Source: Cyanophora paradoxa CCMP329 (Eukaryota > Plantae > Glaucophyta). Taken from it: a stretch of DNA of 64,000 nt. Below the pieces are notes generated by a model. The model was not told the origin of the DNA, searched no databases, and saw nothing but the letters and a program-made list of their open reading frames with translations. Position 1 is the stretch's first letter. Each line of letters starts with the position of its first letter. Made by a program: the position numbers and the translations under genes. The stretch is taken from the NCBI GenBank assembly GCA_004431415.1, contig QPMI01000095.1:310001-374000 (forward strand), read 5' to 3'. Positions 11,137-24,038 of this stretch are shown piece by piece.

Positions 11137-13092
11137 CTACCTGCTCCGCGCGTGCGACCGGCCGCCCTGCCGCGCCGGCCGCTCCGGGGACCTCGTGCCG
11201 CCGCCCCGACTGCGGTCCCGACTGCGGCTGCGGCTGCGGCTGCTGCTCCGGTGCCGCCCGCCGCGACGCTTTCCCGGAGGGGAGCGGGAGGAGGGTCGCC
11301 GCCGGCTGCGGGGGGAGCGGGAGGGGCGGGGCTGCGGTGGCGAGCGGGACCGGGCACGGCGCGGGAGCGGGGCCGGGCCGGCGCGGGGAGCGGGAGCGGG
11401 AGCGCTTGTGGGACCGGCGGGCTCCGAGGGGGTCTGGGGCAGGGGCAGCGGCGGGGGGCGGGGCGGGGGCGGAGCGGGGCTCGGGGAAGGGGTGGAGGAA
11501 GTTGCAGTCGGGGCCGCGGGGGCACGCCCCGCGCTCCCACTGCCCGCAGATGGCGCCCCGCCAGGAGGGGACCTGCGGGGGCTCTTGGGCGGGCGCGGCG
11601 AGAGGGGGCGGGGTCGCCACCTCGACGAGGACGGCGTCGATGCGGCGCCCCCCGTAGAAGCGCCCCCGCAGCGCCCCGCCGCCGCCGCCGCCGCCCCCCG
11701 CGCGACGAACTGCGCGTAGACGCTGCCCCGCAGGTGCGCCGCGGCGTTGCGACAAACCTGCGGCGGGGCGGTCAGCGGGGGACGGGGCGGGGCGGGGCGG
11801 GGCGGGCCCGGAGGGCGGCGAGGGGCCCGAAGGCCTCGAGCTCGGGCCGCACGTCGGCGAGGAACTCTGCCACGCGCTCCACCGCCTGCCGCCCCGTCGC
11901 CCCGCGAAGAACCCCGAGGGCCGGGCCGCGCGCCTCTGCCTCGGGCACGGCCGGCGGCACGGTGGCCTCCAGGTCGCGCAGGGCGCGCCGGCCGCGCTGG
12001 TCGGGCCCGGGGGCCGCCGCCGGCAGCCCCGCCCTTCGTACATGTTCCGGAGCAGCACAACATCCGACGTCTGCCGCGTTCGCGCGTCGGGCGCGGCCCG
12101 CCCCGCCCGCTATCGCCGCCGCCCCCGCAGCCGCCGCAGTCTCGCGGGTCAAGGGGGCGAGCCCGGGGCGCGGCGCGGCGCGGCGCGGCGCGAGCAGCGA
12201 GGCAGCAGCGCATGCGGTTACCTGAGGATACGGGTGCTTGCGGCTGCAGCGGTCCCCGAAGCGGCACGCGCCGGTCCTCGCGAAGTAGTTGCACACGGGC
12301 CCCCCCGCCGCCGCCGCCTCCGCCGCCGCCGCCTGGGCGGGAGGCGCTGGCGGCGCCGTGGGGTGGACGGCGCCAGAGTCGGCCTCCGCATGCGCCGCGC
12401 TCTCCTCGCCGCCCGAGTCGTACGTGACCTCGTCCAGCTGCCCGCCCGCCGTCACCCGCCGCCGCCCCGGCCCCCCGGGCCACCCCCGACGCACGAACAC
12501 CCCCGCCTCCAGCGCATCCATCTCCGCCGACGCCCGCGCGTAATCCTCGGCCAGCTTCGCCTTTACCCGCGCCTCCGCCGCCTTCGCCTCCGCCGCCTCC
12601 TTCTCCGCTGCATGTCTCTTCGCCCGCTCCTCGGCCTCGGCCCTCAGCTTTGCCGCACGCTCCTCCTTCTCGCGCTCGCGGGCCTGCGCGTCCGCGGCGT
12701 GAGCGGTGATCGGGCGGCGGGGGCGGCTGTCGCGGACCAGTCGGGCCTGCGCCACGGCCTCAGCCTTCTCCTCGCGCTCGCGCCACTGTCGTTCGAGGTA
12801 GTCGTGCATGCGCTTCTCCTCTGCCTCGATCTGTGACAGCAGGATCTCCTCCTGCTGCTTCTGCCATCGGTACTCGGGATCCGTCTGAGCGTGCGTGTTA
12901 GCGCCTCGCTTCGCATGCGGCGCGAATGCGCACCTGCAGTCGCTCTTCCTCCTCCGCTAGCTCGCGGGCGCGGGTCTGCGCCGCTTGCTGCCTGAGCTTC
13001 TTCCGCCGCTGCTTCTTGGCGACCAGACGCCGCTGTCTTCGGAGCGGCTTTGCGGGGCCGGCCTCGCCGGCCTCGCCCGATGTTTCTGGCAT
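11137..13092 (-). CDS. ZRSR2: U2AF35-related splicing factor ZRSR2/URP
   Basis: Charged coiled-coil N-terminus, CCCH1 (CNYFARTGACRFGDRCSRKHPYP), UHM (LLRNMY...VCRNAAAHLRGSVYAQF...GRFYGGR), CCCH2 (SWRGAICGQWERGACPRGPDCNFLH) and RS tail (RSSSRSRSRSRDRSR...*). One apparent frameshift lies in the RS tail. Confidence 0.88.
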
Positions 13093-13171
13093 CGACCCGC
13101 GACCTGCGTCGATCAGGCTCGACCTTGACCTGAGACAGGGGGGGTAGGGTCACAAAGCACCAGCGGTCGAA

Positions 13172-14529
13172 ATGGCCTTCCTGGCGCCACCCGCGCTGCC
13201 GAGGCCGCACGACCTGCAGACCGCTTTCCAGAGGAGCACGCGTCTCGCGTGGACGCTCGCTCCTCGGCCCGAATGTCGTCGCCCGGCTCGCGGGCGCGGC
13301 CGGCCGCGGCACGAGCCCAGGGTGAGCTCCCGATCCCGCGTACGTGACGCGTTTGCTAACGCGGAGCCCGCGCGTCGTCCGCTCGCGGCAGGCCGCGGTT
13401 GTTTGGCAGGCTGTCAGTGGTGATCTCGGGAAGATACACACACTCCGTCAATCTATACGGGACGGAGAGTTCATTGTCGGCTCCTGGCTCAACATACCGT
13501 CGCAGTTCGTCGCGCAGCTCATCGCCAGGCAGCACGTCTTCGACTTTCTGGTCGTCGACCTGGAGCACGCCCCGATCCCTGCGGACGTTGCGGCCGCCAT
13601 GGTCGGGAGCATCGCGGCCGAGGGCGTGGCCCCCATCGTCCGCGTTGCCTGGTGCTGGCCGCCGCCCGCGGCCCCACGGATTGTTTTCGGGCGGCGGCGA
13701 GCGGCGCGGGCGCAGGAACCGGCCGGAGTACATCAAGCAAGCGCTGGACCTCGGAGCGGCCGGCGTCGTGGTGCCCATGGTGCACACTGCGGAGCAAGCC
13801 CGCGCCGCCGTCGCCGCCGCCAAATACCCTCCCGAGGCACGCGCGGGGGCCGCCCGGCTGGCGCCCCCACGGGGAGCGCACGCAGACCGGGGAGCGCAGG
13901 GGTCGCGGGGCGCGGCGGGCTGGCTGCATGCGGCGACCTTCCGCATGACGCCGTCGGAGTACTACGAGCGGGCGAACGAGCTCGTGACCGTCGCCGTCCA
14001 GATCGAGAGCCGCGAGGCGGGCACCGCCGGCGCGCCGCCCTGGCGTGGAGCGGGGGTGACGGGGCGGGGCGGGCAGGGGGCGGGGAACGCGGAGGAGATC
14101 GCGGCGGTGCCGGGCGTGGACATCGTCTTCGTGGGGCCCAAGGACCTCCACGCCCAGGCGCCCGCCCCCGCCCCCGCCGCCCGCGCCCGCCCCCGGCGAC
14201 GCGGCCGGCAGCTGGGGAAGCGGCCGGTGTCGGACTCGGAGGAGCCGGAGTTCCTGGAGGTCCTCGAGCGCGTCGTCCGCGCCTGCGCCGCCCACGGGCC
14301 CGCCCCGGGCATCTGCGCCCCCAACCGCCCCGCCCTCGAGAAGCGCCGCGCCGACGGCTTCCGCTTCATCGCGGTGCGGGGCGGGGCGCGGGGCGGGGGG
14401 CCGGGGGCGGGCGCTGAGTGCGGGGCCGGGGGGCAGGTCGGGGGCGACGCGGCCTTCCTCCAGGACGGCGTCGCCAAGCACGCCTTCCCCCCCTTCCGCT
14501 ACCCCGACCTCCGCCCCGACACCCCCTGA
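13172..14529 (+). CDS. HpcH/HpaI-family (class II pyruvate) aldolase, MAF-type leader
   Basis: FDFLVVDLEHAP, PIVRV, IKQALDLGAAGVVVPMV, YPP..GSRG, VAVQIESRE, EIAAVPGVDIVFVGPKDL. Confidence 0.9.
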
Positions 14530-14590
14530 CCCCCCCGCCCCGCCCCCGCACCCCTCCTTCTCCCCACGCTACCCCACGCTGCCTGCTGCT

Positions 14591-14645
14591 CTGCGTAATC
14601 TAGTGTCTCCTCTACCTCTGCTGCTGCCTGCGTAATCTAGTGTCT
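14591..14645. repeat. Short direct repeat between the convergent aldolase and CDK10 3' ends
   Basis: ctgcgtaatctagtgtct occurs twice. Confidence 0.8.
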
Positions 14646-14666
14646 GCGCTGCCGTGCCGCATGAAC

Positions 14667-16610
14667 CTAGCCGGGTCTGCGGCGCTTGTCGGGTCCGCCG
14701 CCGCCGCCCGCGGAGCCGCCGGGCCCGTAGGAGAAGGCGACGGCGCCGAACTCGGGGCGGAAGAGCTCCTGCTGCTTCTTGGAGAGGGAGGCGGCAAGCG
14801 GCTCGCGGCCCATCTTGGCCACCAGGTCTGCCGGCACCGCCGTCGCAGGTGAGGCGCGCGGCGGCAGGGTCGGGGGAGTGCGGGGCCGCTGGGGCGGGCG
14901 CACCGCGCTCGAAGGTCGCCTCGAAGGACGAGAAGCGCTCCTCCTTCTCGTCCCGCACGTGCCTGGCCCGCCCCGCCTCGCCTCGCCCCCCCGCCCAGAG
15001 GCCCTCCCCGAGGCGGCGCCACGCACCGGTCCCGCTCCGCCCGCACTCCGTTCTGCAGGTCGTCCTCCAGCCGCCGCTTCTGCGACGCGCTGCCGGCCGG
15101 CTCCGGTCGGCGCGGGGCGGCGCAGGGCGCGGGGCGGGGCGCGGGGCACCCGGGCGGGGGCTCGGAGTGGAGGACGGGGAAGGAGGGCATGAGGGCGGGC
15201 TCCTTGGCGACGGGCTTCTCGGCGAAGTAGGGGTGGATGAGGGCCTCGCGGGCGGAGATGCGCTTGCGGGGGTCGTAGGTGAGCATGCGGTTGAGGAGGT
15301 CGACGGCGAGGGCGCTGTGCCCGCGGAACTTCTGCGCGAGGTTGTTGTAGGGCTGGTGCGGCAGGGCCATCCCCTTGGCCCCCGGCAGCTCGGAGAGGCC
15401 CGGCCAGATCTTCTCCGAGGGGGCCCCCAGCAGCTGGAAGGTCAGCTGCAGCTGCTGCGCCTCCGACTTGCCCGGCAGCTGCCGCCCCGCCCTCGCACCC
15501 CGCGCCGCGGGGCGGGGCGGCGCGGCGGGCGGGGCACCATCGGGGTGTGGTTGAGGAGCTCCCCGAACATGCAGCCGACGGCCCTGCGGGGGGTCGGGCG
15601 AGGCGGGGGCGGGGCGCCCGCGGGGCCGGGGCGGGCGGACCACATGTCGATGGCGGTGGAGTAGTTGCGGTCGCCGAGGAGGAGCTCGGGGGCGCGGTAC
15701 CAGAGGGTGACGACCTTGGGCGTGTAGGGCCGCAGCGGGAGCCCGAAGGTGCGCGCGAGCCCGAAGTCGGCCAGCTTCACCTCCCCCTGGTTGTTCATCA
15801 GCAGGTTCGAGAGCTTCAGGTCCCTGCCCCGCCCCCGTCACACGCGCCCCCCGCTCGGCGCGACGGCGGCGCGGCCGGCGCGCCTGTGTATGATCCAGTG
15901 GTCGTGCAGGTAGGCCACGCCGCGCAGGATCTGCAGGATAAGGCACTGCGCCCCGCCGGCCCCGGACGCGTGAGCGCGTGCGCGGGCGGGGCTGGGCAGG
16001 GCGGACCTTGACTTCGGAGACGGAGAACGGAGTGCGGATGTTGTCGAGGAGCTTGGCCAGGTCGTGCTCGCAGTACTCGAAGACCAGGAACATGCTGCCG
16101 GCGCCCGTGAGCCGCCCCGCACCCGCGTATGCGCTCCACAGCGCCTCGCGCCGCCCCCCACCTGTCCGGCTTGCTCCCAACCGCCACCTCCTTCAGGTGC
16201 ACGATGTTGGGGTGCCGCAGGCTCTTCAGGATCTTGATCTCCCGCAGCGCCGTCAGCGGCAGCCCGTCCTTCTCCCGGTCCATTCGAACTTTCTTGAGCG
16301 CAACGATCTCCCCGCTTGTCCTGTCCCTCGCCTTGTCTGCCGGCGCCCGGCGTCAGCGCATGCGCACAAGCCGCAGTGAGCGCGGGCAGCGCACAGACGA
16401 CGCCGTACGTGCCCTCTCCGATTCGATGAATCTTCTCAAAGTTAGACACCGATCTGCGGGTCCCGTAAGCTGCGGGAGCGGGCGGGCCAGCGACGCGCGG
16501 GCCGCAAGGGCGGCGCGCCTGCAGTTCCCAAATCCGATGCTGAGCCCCGACGGACCCGCTGCAGATTCATCTTCGCCGCCGCCTCCCGCGCCTGCCGTTT
16601 GCTGGGACAT
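14667..16610 (-). CDS. CDK10: Cyclin-dependent kinase 10
   Basis: GNCR|[49 protein letters not shown]|[32 protein letters not shown] and QPYNNL are CDK10-type features. Confidence 0.9.
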
Positions 16611-16765
16611 CGCGCCGCGCCTCGGTGGATCGCGCTTTCGTCGGACTTTTCTAAAGCGCTACCGCATCGCCTGGGGCTTCGGCGGGCGCTTGCACAGCCC
16701 TGAAGGAGCAGGCAGAGGGGGGGGAGAAGACCGAGAGGGCTACAGTACGCGAGTCGACAGTTCGG

Positions 16766-19347
16766 ATGCCAGAGACGCCGAACAAGAAGCCCAAGATGTC
16801 GGCCCTGCCTTCCAGCCTTCCCGAGTGGCGCCAACTGGCCGATCACGCTGCTGAGATCAAGCAGACCCATCTCCGCGACCTGCTCAAGTGCGTACAGTCT
16901 GCGCCCGTTCCCGGGGTCCAGGACTGCCGTACACGCTTCGAATGACTGGACTGCGCGGCCGTGGGGTCCCAGCCGCGCCCTGTCATCGAGCCGAACCTTC
17001 TCCGTCGCAGGGATGTCGCCCGAACGACCAGCATGAACGCTGAATTCGACGGCATCTACCTCGACTACTCGCGTCAATGCGCGACAAAGAAGACGGTCGA
17101 CCTGCTCTTCAAGCTCGCGGACGCCACCGGTGCGCGATTCGTGCGCACGTCATGGCGCCCCTCCGCGCGCCGATCGTCTACGCGCAGGCTTGAAGAAGAA
17201 GATCGCCGATCTCGCGAGCGGGCAGAAGATCAACACGACGGAGAACCGCGCCGTCCTGCACATCGCCCTGCGCGCGCAGGCGGGAGAGGTGCGCGACAGC
17301 AGCGCGACGGGGCGGGGTTCGCGCCCGATGCGGGGCGCGCGGGGCGGCAGTCGATCGTGGTGGATGGGAAGGACGTGGTTCCGGAGGTGCACAAGGTGCT
17401 GGCCAAGATCGAGGACTTCGCCAACCGCGTGCGCGGCGGCCAGTTCGTCGGCTGCACGGGGAAGTGCGCCGCCCGCTCGCCGGCCCCCGCGGGGCGCGCC
17501 TTACGGTTCGGGCAGGCCGCTGACGGACGTCGTGTCGATCGGGATCGGGGGGAGCTACCTCGGCACCGAGTTCGTCTACGAGGCCCTCCGCCACGTCCGC
17601 GCCCCGCCCCCGCCCCCGCGCCCTCGCCCCGCGAGCCGCCCACGGCGCGGGAGGCAGGACGGGGAGGCGAACGCGGCGGCGGCGGGGCGGCGGCTGCGCT
17701 TCCTCGCGAACGTGGACCCCGTGGACGTGGCGCGGGCCACCGAGGGGCTCGACCCCGAGACCACCCTCGTCATCGTCTGCAGCAAGGCCCGCCCCCCCGT
17801 CCCCCGCGACGGCCGCCCCGCCCGGCTGAGCGGCCGGCAGACGTTCACGACGGCGGAGACGATGCTGAACGCGCGGACGCTGCGGAAGTGGCTGCAGGAC
17901 GGCCTCAAGGGCCACGCGGACGCGGTGAAGAAGCACATGGTGGCGGTGAGCACGGCGCTCGACCTCGTCGACAAGTTCGGCATCGACACCGCCAACGCCT
18001 TCGGCTTCTGGGACTGGGTCGGCGGCCGCTACTCCGTCTGCTCCGCCGGTGAGCCCTCTCTCGCGCGAAACCCTCCGCCGCCCCGGCTGAGCGGGCCCGC
18101 CGGCAGTCGGGGCGCTCCCGCTCTCGCTGCAGTACGGGCCGGGGGTCTTCCGTCGGTTCCTGCAGGGGGCGCACGCGGTGGACCGCCACTTCCTCGCTGC
18201 CGACTTCAGGGGGAACCTGCCCGTGCTGCTCGGCCTCTTCGGCGTGTGGAACGCGACCTTCCTCGGGCACGCCTCGCGCGCCCTCCTCCCTTACGCCCAG
18301 GCCCTCCTCCGCTTCCCCGCGCACATCCAGCAGGCCGGCCCGCGCCCGCACGCGCCGCGCGCGGGGCGGGGGCCGGGGGCGAGGGGGCGGGGCAGGTGGA
18401 CATGGAGTCGAACGGGAAGCGTGTGGCGCTGGACGGGACGGCGCTGGACTTCGAGGCCGGGGAGGTGAACTTCGGGGAGCCCGGGACCAACGGGCAGCAC
18501 AGCTTCTACCAGCTCATGCACCAGGGCCGCGTCCTCCCCGCCGACTTCATCGGCGCCGCCGTCAGCCAGCGCCCAGCCTCCCTCCCCGGCGAGCCCGTCT
18601 CCAACCACGACGAGCTCATGTCCAACTTCTTCGCCCAGGCCCGCCCCGCCCCGCCCCGCCCCGCCCCGCCCCGCCCCCCCGCGCGTGCAGGCGGCAGAGG
18701 CGCCAGCGCAGCCGGACGCGCTGGCGCTGGGGAAGACGGCGGAGGAGCTGCGCGCCGAGGGCTGCCCCGAGCCCCTCATCCCCCACCGCGTCCGCCCCGG
18801 CCCCGCGCCCCGCCGGCCGCCGCCCCGCCGACGGCGTGCAGAGTTTCCCGGGGAACCGGCCCTCGAACATGCTGCTGCTCCCGCGCCTCGACGCGTACAC
18901 GACGGGCCAGGTGCGCCGGCCCCGCCGCGGGGCACGCGGGGGCGGGGCGAGCGGGGGCGGGACAGCTGCTGGCGCTCTTCGAGCACCGGACGGTGGTCGA
19001 GGGCTTCGTCTGGGGCATCAACTCCTTCGACCAGTACGGCGTCGAGCTCGGCAAGGTCCTCGCCACGCAGGTCCCTGCCCCGCCCCGCCCCGCCCCGCCC
19101 CGCCCGAGGCCGCCCGAGGCCCCCGGCGCCCACGCGGCGGCCCGCGGCAGGTGCGCAAGGAGCTCCAGCAGGCGCGCGCCGCCGGCGCGGGGGCCGCCCT
19201 CTCGCGCTCGTACAACCCCTCCACCGACGCCCTCCTCCTCCGGTGCGCCCCGCCCCGCCGCCCCGCCCCCCCCCACGCCCGCTCCCCGGCCCCGGCCGAC
19301 GTCGACTCGAACACAGCTACCTCAAGCACTCGGGCGCGAAGCTCTGA
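16766..19347 (+). CDS. GPI: Glucose-6-phosphate isomerase (cytosolic PGIC type) with C-terminal AKL
   Basis: [33 protein letters not shown]|[54 protein letters not shown]. Ends YLKHSGAKL*. Confidence 0.97.
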
Positions 19348-19719
19348 TCACGAGCCGCCCCGTGCCCAGCCGGCCCTGCCCCCGGCCCTCGAGGGCGCGC
19401 TTGTGAGCGTTCGAACAGCGCGCGAGCGATGCAGTCTGATGTTGCGACCTGGTGGCGGGCACCTGGGCCAGGGGAGGAGAAGAGCAATAACAACTGCAGC
19501 AGCCACACCAAAAGAGCGGCAGTTGACGCTGAAGAGGATACAGCTAAGGTCTCGCATTGGGAAGAAGAGGCAGCCTGTTCGGACTGGCGGGGCGGAGATG
19601 GGCGTGGGAGGCCCCGCGGCTGAGGCCGCGGGCTGCAGGCGCGGGGGTCCGAGGTGAGTTGGGGGGCGAGAGGAGAGCGGCGGGGCGGGGTTGGGGCGGG
19701 CGGGGCGGTGGGCGGGGGC

Positions 19720-20649
19720 CTAGAACTGGGTGTCGAGGACGGTGGGGTGGAGGGGCCCGTGCTGGGCCTCGCTGTAGCCGAAGGAGGCCATGTCCTTGAG
19801 GACGACGTTGAAGGCAACCTTCACCTGCCCGTTTGACTTCACCCGCGTCACTGCCGCGCAACCCGCCCCCGTCAGCGCCCTTGCCAGCCCCCGAGCAGCC
19901 GGCGAGGGGGCGCACCGCCGCGGCCCTCGCCGCCCGTGGAGACGAACTTGGTGTCGACGTACTCGGGCTTCATCCCGAACATCCACGCCTGGAACTGCTG
20001 CAGGTACGACGACGACGTCGGCCGGAACATCCACACGTACTGCGTGCACCTGCCCGCCCCCGCTCGGCCCTCGCGGGCGCGGGGCGGGGCACGGCCGGCC
20101 CACCGTCCGGGGGTCAAGGGGATGTGGCACGACCCGTAGCCCTGCACCACGTCCCGCCCCAAGCCGTCGAGCCCGTACACGCTGAGCACGAGGCGCGGGC
20201 GGTGAGGCGCGCCGATGGTGAGGCGCGCTGGCGGCGCGACGGCGGCACAGGCGGACCTGAGGACTAGCTGGGGCCAGCCGAACGCGTTGCTGCTCTTGAA
20301 AGTGATGTCGAGAGGGTAGTTCCAGATGATGGGTTTATTTGTGCCGTCTGGCTTGATCGTCATCTGCGTGATGCCCTCCTCCACGCCCTGGTCGCTCGCC
20401 GGGGTCAGAGTTCGAACAACGCGCGTCGATGAGAAGCGGCGCGAACCTGAATGACGACCCAGTCCTGTCCGAACTGGAACGAGAACTTGCAGTACAGGTT
20501 ATCGCATCTCGGGAACTGCGCGGCTGCTTAGCTGCAGGCGCACGAACACCTGGCAGCGAAAGCCAGGCGATCAACCGCGAACGCACCACTGCTGACTCTA
20601 TCTGTCCCGTGATGTGCACAGTGAAGAACGACGGCGGCTCTCCGCTCAT
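19720..20649 (-). CDS. B9D1: B9 domain protein 1 (MKS ciliary transition-zone module)
   Basis: [88 protein letters not shown].G. Confidence 0.93.
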
Positions 20650-20968
20650 CGCTGTGCCAGATGCTAGCTAGGGCGCGCCTGTGCCCTTCACCGGTCTATA
20701 CTGAGCTTCGCGAGGCCGCTGCGCGTGTCCGGATGCTGCCTGTTGCTCGGAAAACCTTTCCCGCTCAAACCCAGCGGAATAGCGTATCCCGGACGCAAAA
20801 AAAGAGCGCCGATCCGCGCTGGATCAGAGAGGAACGCTAGGCGAGCGCCATTTAGCCTCTGGCGTGCACGATCTCAAACAACCCCGATCTCAGCCTCTGC
20901 GTTCTACTCGGGTCGTGTTTTCCTCGCTAGCTCAGCTCAACTCAGCAGCTCAGCTCAGCTTCTGCTTG

Positions 20969-23811
20969 GGCAGCTTCCAATATGAGCTACACGACGCTCT
21001 CCGCTGGAACGACTGGAGGGTGATCCGAGTGAAGGTTGCGAGTTGTGCCGAATCGAGCTCCGGCAGCAGGCCCTCTTCGGTCTAAGCGGTCTTGTACAGA
21101 AGTGCGTCATCGTGCTGCACTCCAGCTCCGGCTGAAGAGCTACTAAACTGCCCTAGCTAAGCAGGCGCGGCTGCCGCGGGGCGGGCAGGACCCATGCTCG
21201 ACAAGCAGCTGCACGTCCTCGTCTCCTCGTCGGCGGACCTGCTGGCGCAGCACTTCGACGAGGATGCGCCTAGCACCGCCGCGGCTTCGCCCGGGGGGCG
21301 GCAGGCGCCGGCGGCGGGCGGCGGCGCCGGGGCCAACCGCAAGGCGGGCATGGCGCGCAAGAAGTCGATCGCCGAGTCGATGCTGCAGGGCGTGGCGGCG
21401 TTCCGGCTCGAGGTGCGCGGCCGCGGGCACGGGGGCGGGCCTCGCGGGGGGCCGACGGGCTCGGGCGCAGGTCCCCGTGGAGAGCATCGCGACGGTGACG
21501 ACGCCGTGGGCCCCAGAGAAGTGCGCCGGGCCCTGCGGGGCGCCCGGCGCCCCTCACCGACTGCGCAGGCCGCTGCGGTACGCCGAGCGCAAGGGGACGC
21601 GGGTGCGGAGCCCCCCCCCCCCCCTTTGCGGAGGAGGCGCGGGGCGTGCCGGGTAGCGAGGGGGCGGGCAGGTGCTCTTCACGGAGGACTGCCAGGCGGT
21701 GCTGCAGGCGGGGACGGCGTCGATCCCAGCGGCGGAGGCGCCGGCGGGGCTGGAGGAGGCGTTCGAGGCGCCGGACCACACGCAGGTCCTCCGCGTCTCC
21801 GTCGTCGACGAGGCCGGCCTCTTCCTCCTCACCCTCCGGAGCCCCAAGCTCTTCGCCAAGGCCTTCTTCTACTGGGCCTGCGAGTTCCTCGCGGGGGCGG
21901 GGGCGGGGCGGGGCGACGAGGCGGGGGGCGCCGAGGGCGAGTCCTTCGACGCCATCCTCCACTGGCTCCTCGTGAGGGAGACGGAGCGGCAGCTCGGGCA
22001 GGCCGAGGCCGACCGCATCCTCGGCGGCGCCTCCTCCGACGCCTCCGCCGCGCCGCGCCCCGGCGCCCCCGGTGAGGAGGGCGCCGACGAGGAGGGGCCC
22101 CCGCTCGCCCGCGGCATCGCCGGCGCCGGCGCCAAGGGCGGCAAGGTCAGCATGCACGGGCATCCCCCCGGCAGCGCCGGCGCTCCTCGGAGCGGGCGCT
22201 CACTCGCCGCGCAGGAGAGCGCGCACGCGGTGGAGACGCGGATGCTGAGGACGGCGGGGGCCGCGATCTCGGCGGTGCCCGGCCTCGCGCTCGCCTCCCG
22301 TGATCCCCGCCCGACCTCTCGCCCGCGGCAGGCGCGCTCGCTGCACGCCGAGCCGATGACGCAGTGGCGCTTCCGCGGGTCGAACCAGAACTGCATGTGC
22401 CACTCGCGCAGCGACGGGCCCTTCAACCCGCCCATCTTCCGCGGCCAAGTCACCATCCGGGTGCGCCCCCGCCGACCGGCCTGCGCCCGGGCCTGGCCGC
22501 GCCGGCGGGTGACGCTGCGCAGGCGCCGGCGCACATCACGGCGAACTACATCCTCGAGCCGTCGGCGCGGGCGCGGTGGGACCACCTGTGCCAGCGGCTG
22601 GCGGTCGTGCACGAGATCGACCGGCACCACCGCGTCGAGCGCCTCTCCGAGCTCACCGTCCTCGAGGGCCACGCCCCCAACGACGTCCGCCACCCGCCCC
22701 GCCCCGCCCCGCCGGCCGCCCCCGCGCCCCGGCCTCTGATGACGCGAGGCGGGCGGCAGTACTTCATGGTGACCGGCTGTAAGCTCTTCCCGCAGGAGAA
22801 GACGGTGAGCTCGCGTGCCCTCGCCGCCGCGCCGTGAGCCGACTTGGGGCGCAGTACGTGATAGCTTCGCGGTCGGTCGGGAAGCACCCCGACAACGAGG
22901 CGCCGATCCCCGGGTTCACGCGGGCGGAGGCGACCCTGATGGCCTTTCTCGTCCTCGCCGTCACCCCGGCCACCTGCCAGGTGCCCCTCAGCGCCGAAAC
23001 TCGTCTTCCCCCTAGTCCCCCGCGCGCTCGCGCTGCTAACCAGCCCGCCCCGCGCCTCTTCTCGCCAGGTCACCGCCTACTTCCAGGGTGCGCCCCGCGC
23101 GCGCGGGGGCGCGGGAGGGGCAGGGGGCGGCGGGGGCTGATGGTGCGGGGGTGGGCAGTGGCGTACAAGGGCGTGCTGCCGAAGGTGGTGGAGCACGCGC
23201 TGACGGACGGCCGCCTGACGTGCCTCGTCGACCTCCGCGACGTCCTCCGCTCCGAGATCATCTCCAAGTCGTACCCCCGCACGGGGCCCTTCACGAAGCA
23301 CATGCAGCGGGACGGGGAGGCGCAGAACGCCAAGCCCGTGACCCTCCGCGCCATCCTTAAGCTCGCCCGCGTCCTCTCCCGCTGGAAGGCCGTCGGCAAG
23401 GAGGGCGAGCACGGCCACCCCCACGCTCCGCCCCACGCCCCCTCCCCGGGCCCCGCCCCCGGCCCCGCCCCGGGCCCAGGCGCCCCGCAGGCCCTGCCCC
23501 CGGTCCGGCCTCCCCCAAGCGGCAGCAACCTCGCCGCCGCGGGCGGCGGAGGGGCGATGGCGCCCACCGGCGGCCCCCGGCGCGCCGTCTCGCGGGCGGC
23601 AGTCTCGCCGGGTCTGGCGGCGCCCCTCGGGCCGCGGTCCGTGAGCACGCCGAACCTCTCGGAGACGCCGGCCCCGGGGTTCGGGCGACCGCCCCGGGCC
23701 CCCCACGGGACCCTCGGGACGACCTCGGGCCCCATCAACGCGCTCACCAAGCTGCCCCCCGCCACAGGCGCCACCCGCTCCCGCTATTTCGCCCCTCCCC
23801 AGCGCATGTGA
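20969..23811 (+). CDS. Bro-N-like domain + START domain protein, paralogue A (start codon uncertain, may lie further upstream)
   Basis: Bro-N-like: PLRYAERKGTR|VLFTEDCQAVL...VSVVDEAGLFLLTLRSPKLFAKAFFYWACEFL. START-like: QWRF...FRGQVTIR|APA...RARWD..., VIASRSVGKHP...PGFTRAE, AYKGVLP. Confidence 0.75.
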
Positions 23812-24038
23812 GCCGTTTCTTCCCTCTCCCTCGCCACTGCGCCCCTTTAGTCTCTCGTTCCGAGCTCGCATGCACGCCTAGAACCTCTGCTTCGCGATCG
23901 CCAGCTGCAATTCCGTATACGTGCACCCAGCAGCATCCATCTTCAATGAAGCCTTTCAGATGTGCGGGCGCGCCGCAGTGCCGCAGTGCCGATCCCTGCA
24001 CGCTTTCGTTGTGCCATCAAACTTGCAGAGAGGGTGAG

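Noticed and set aside
11137-11420. Apparent frameshifts or missing splice dinucleotides in GC tracts (e.g. ZRSR2 tail, ~22690, RNMT, PPR) as programmed recoding or non-canonical introns
   Set aside because: They fall in G/C homopolymer and repeat runs, where assembly indels are the simpler explanation. This cannot be resolved without reads.
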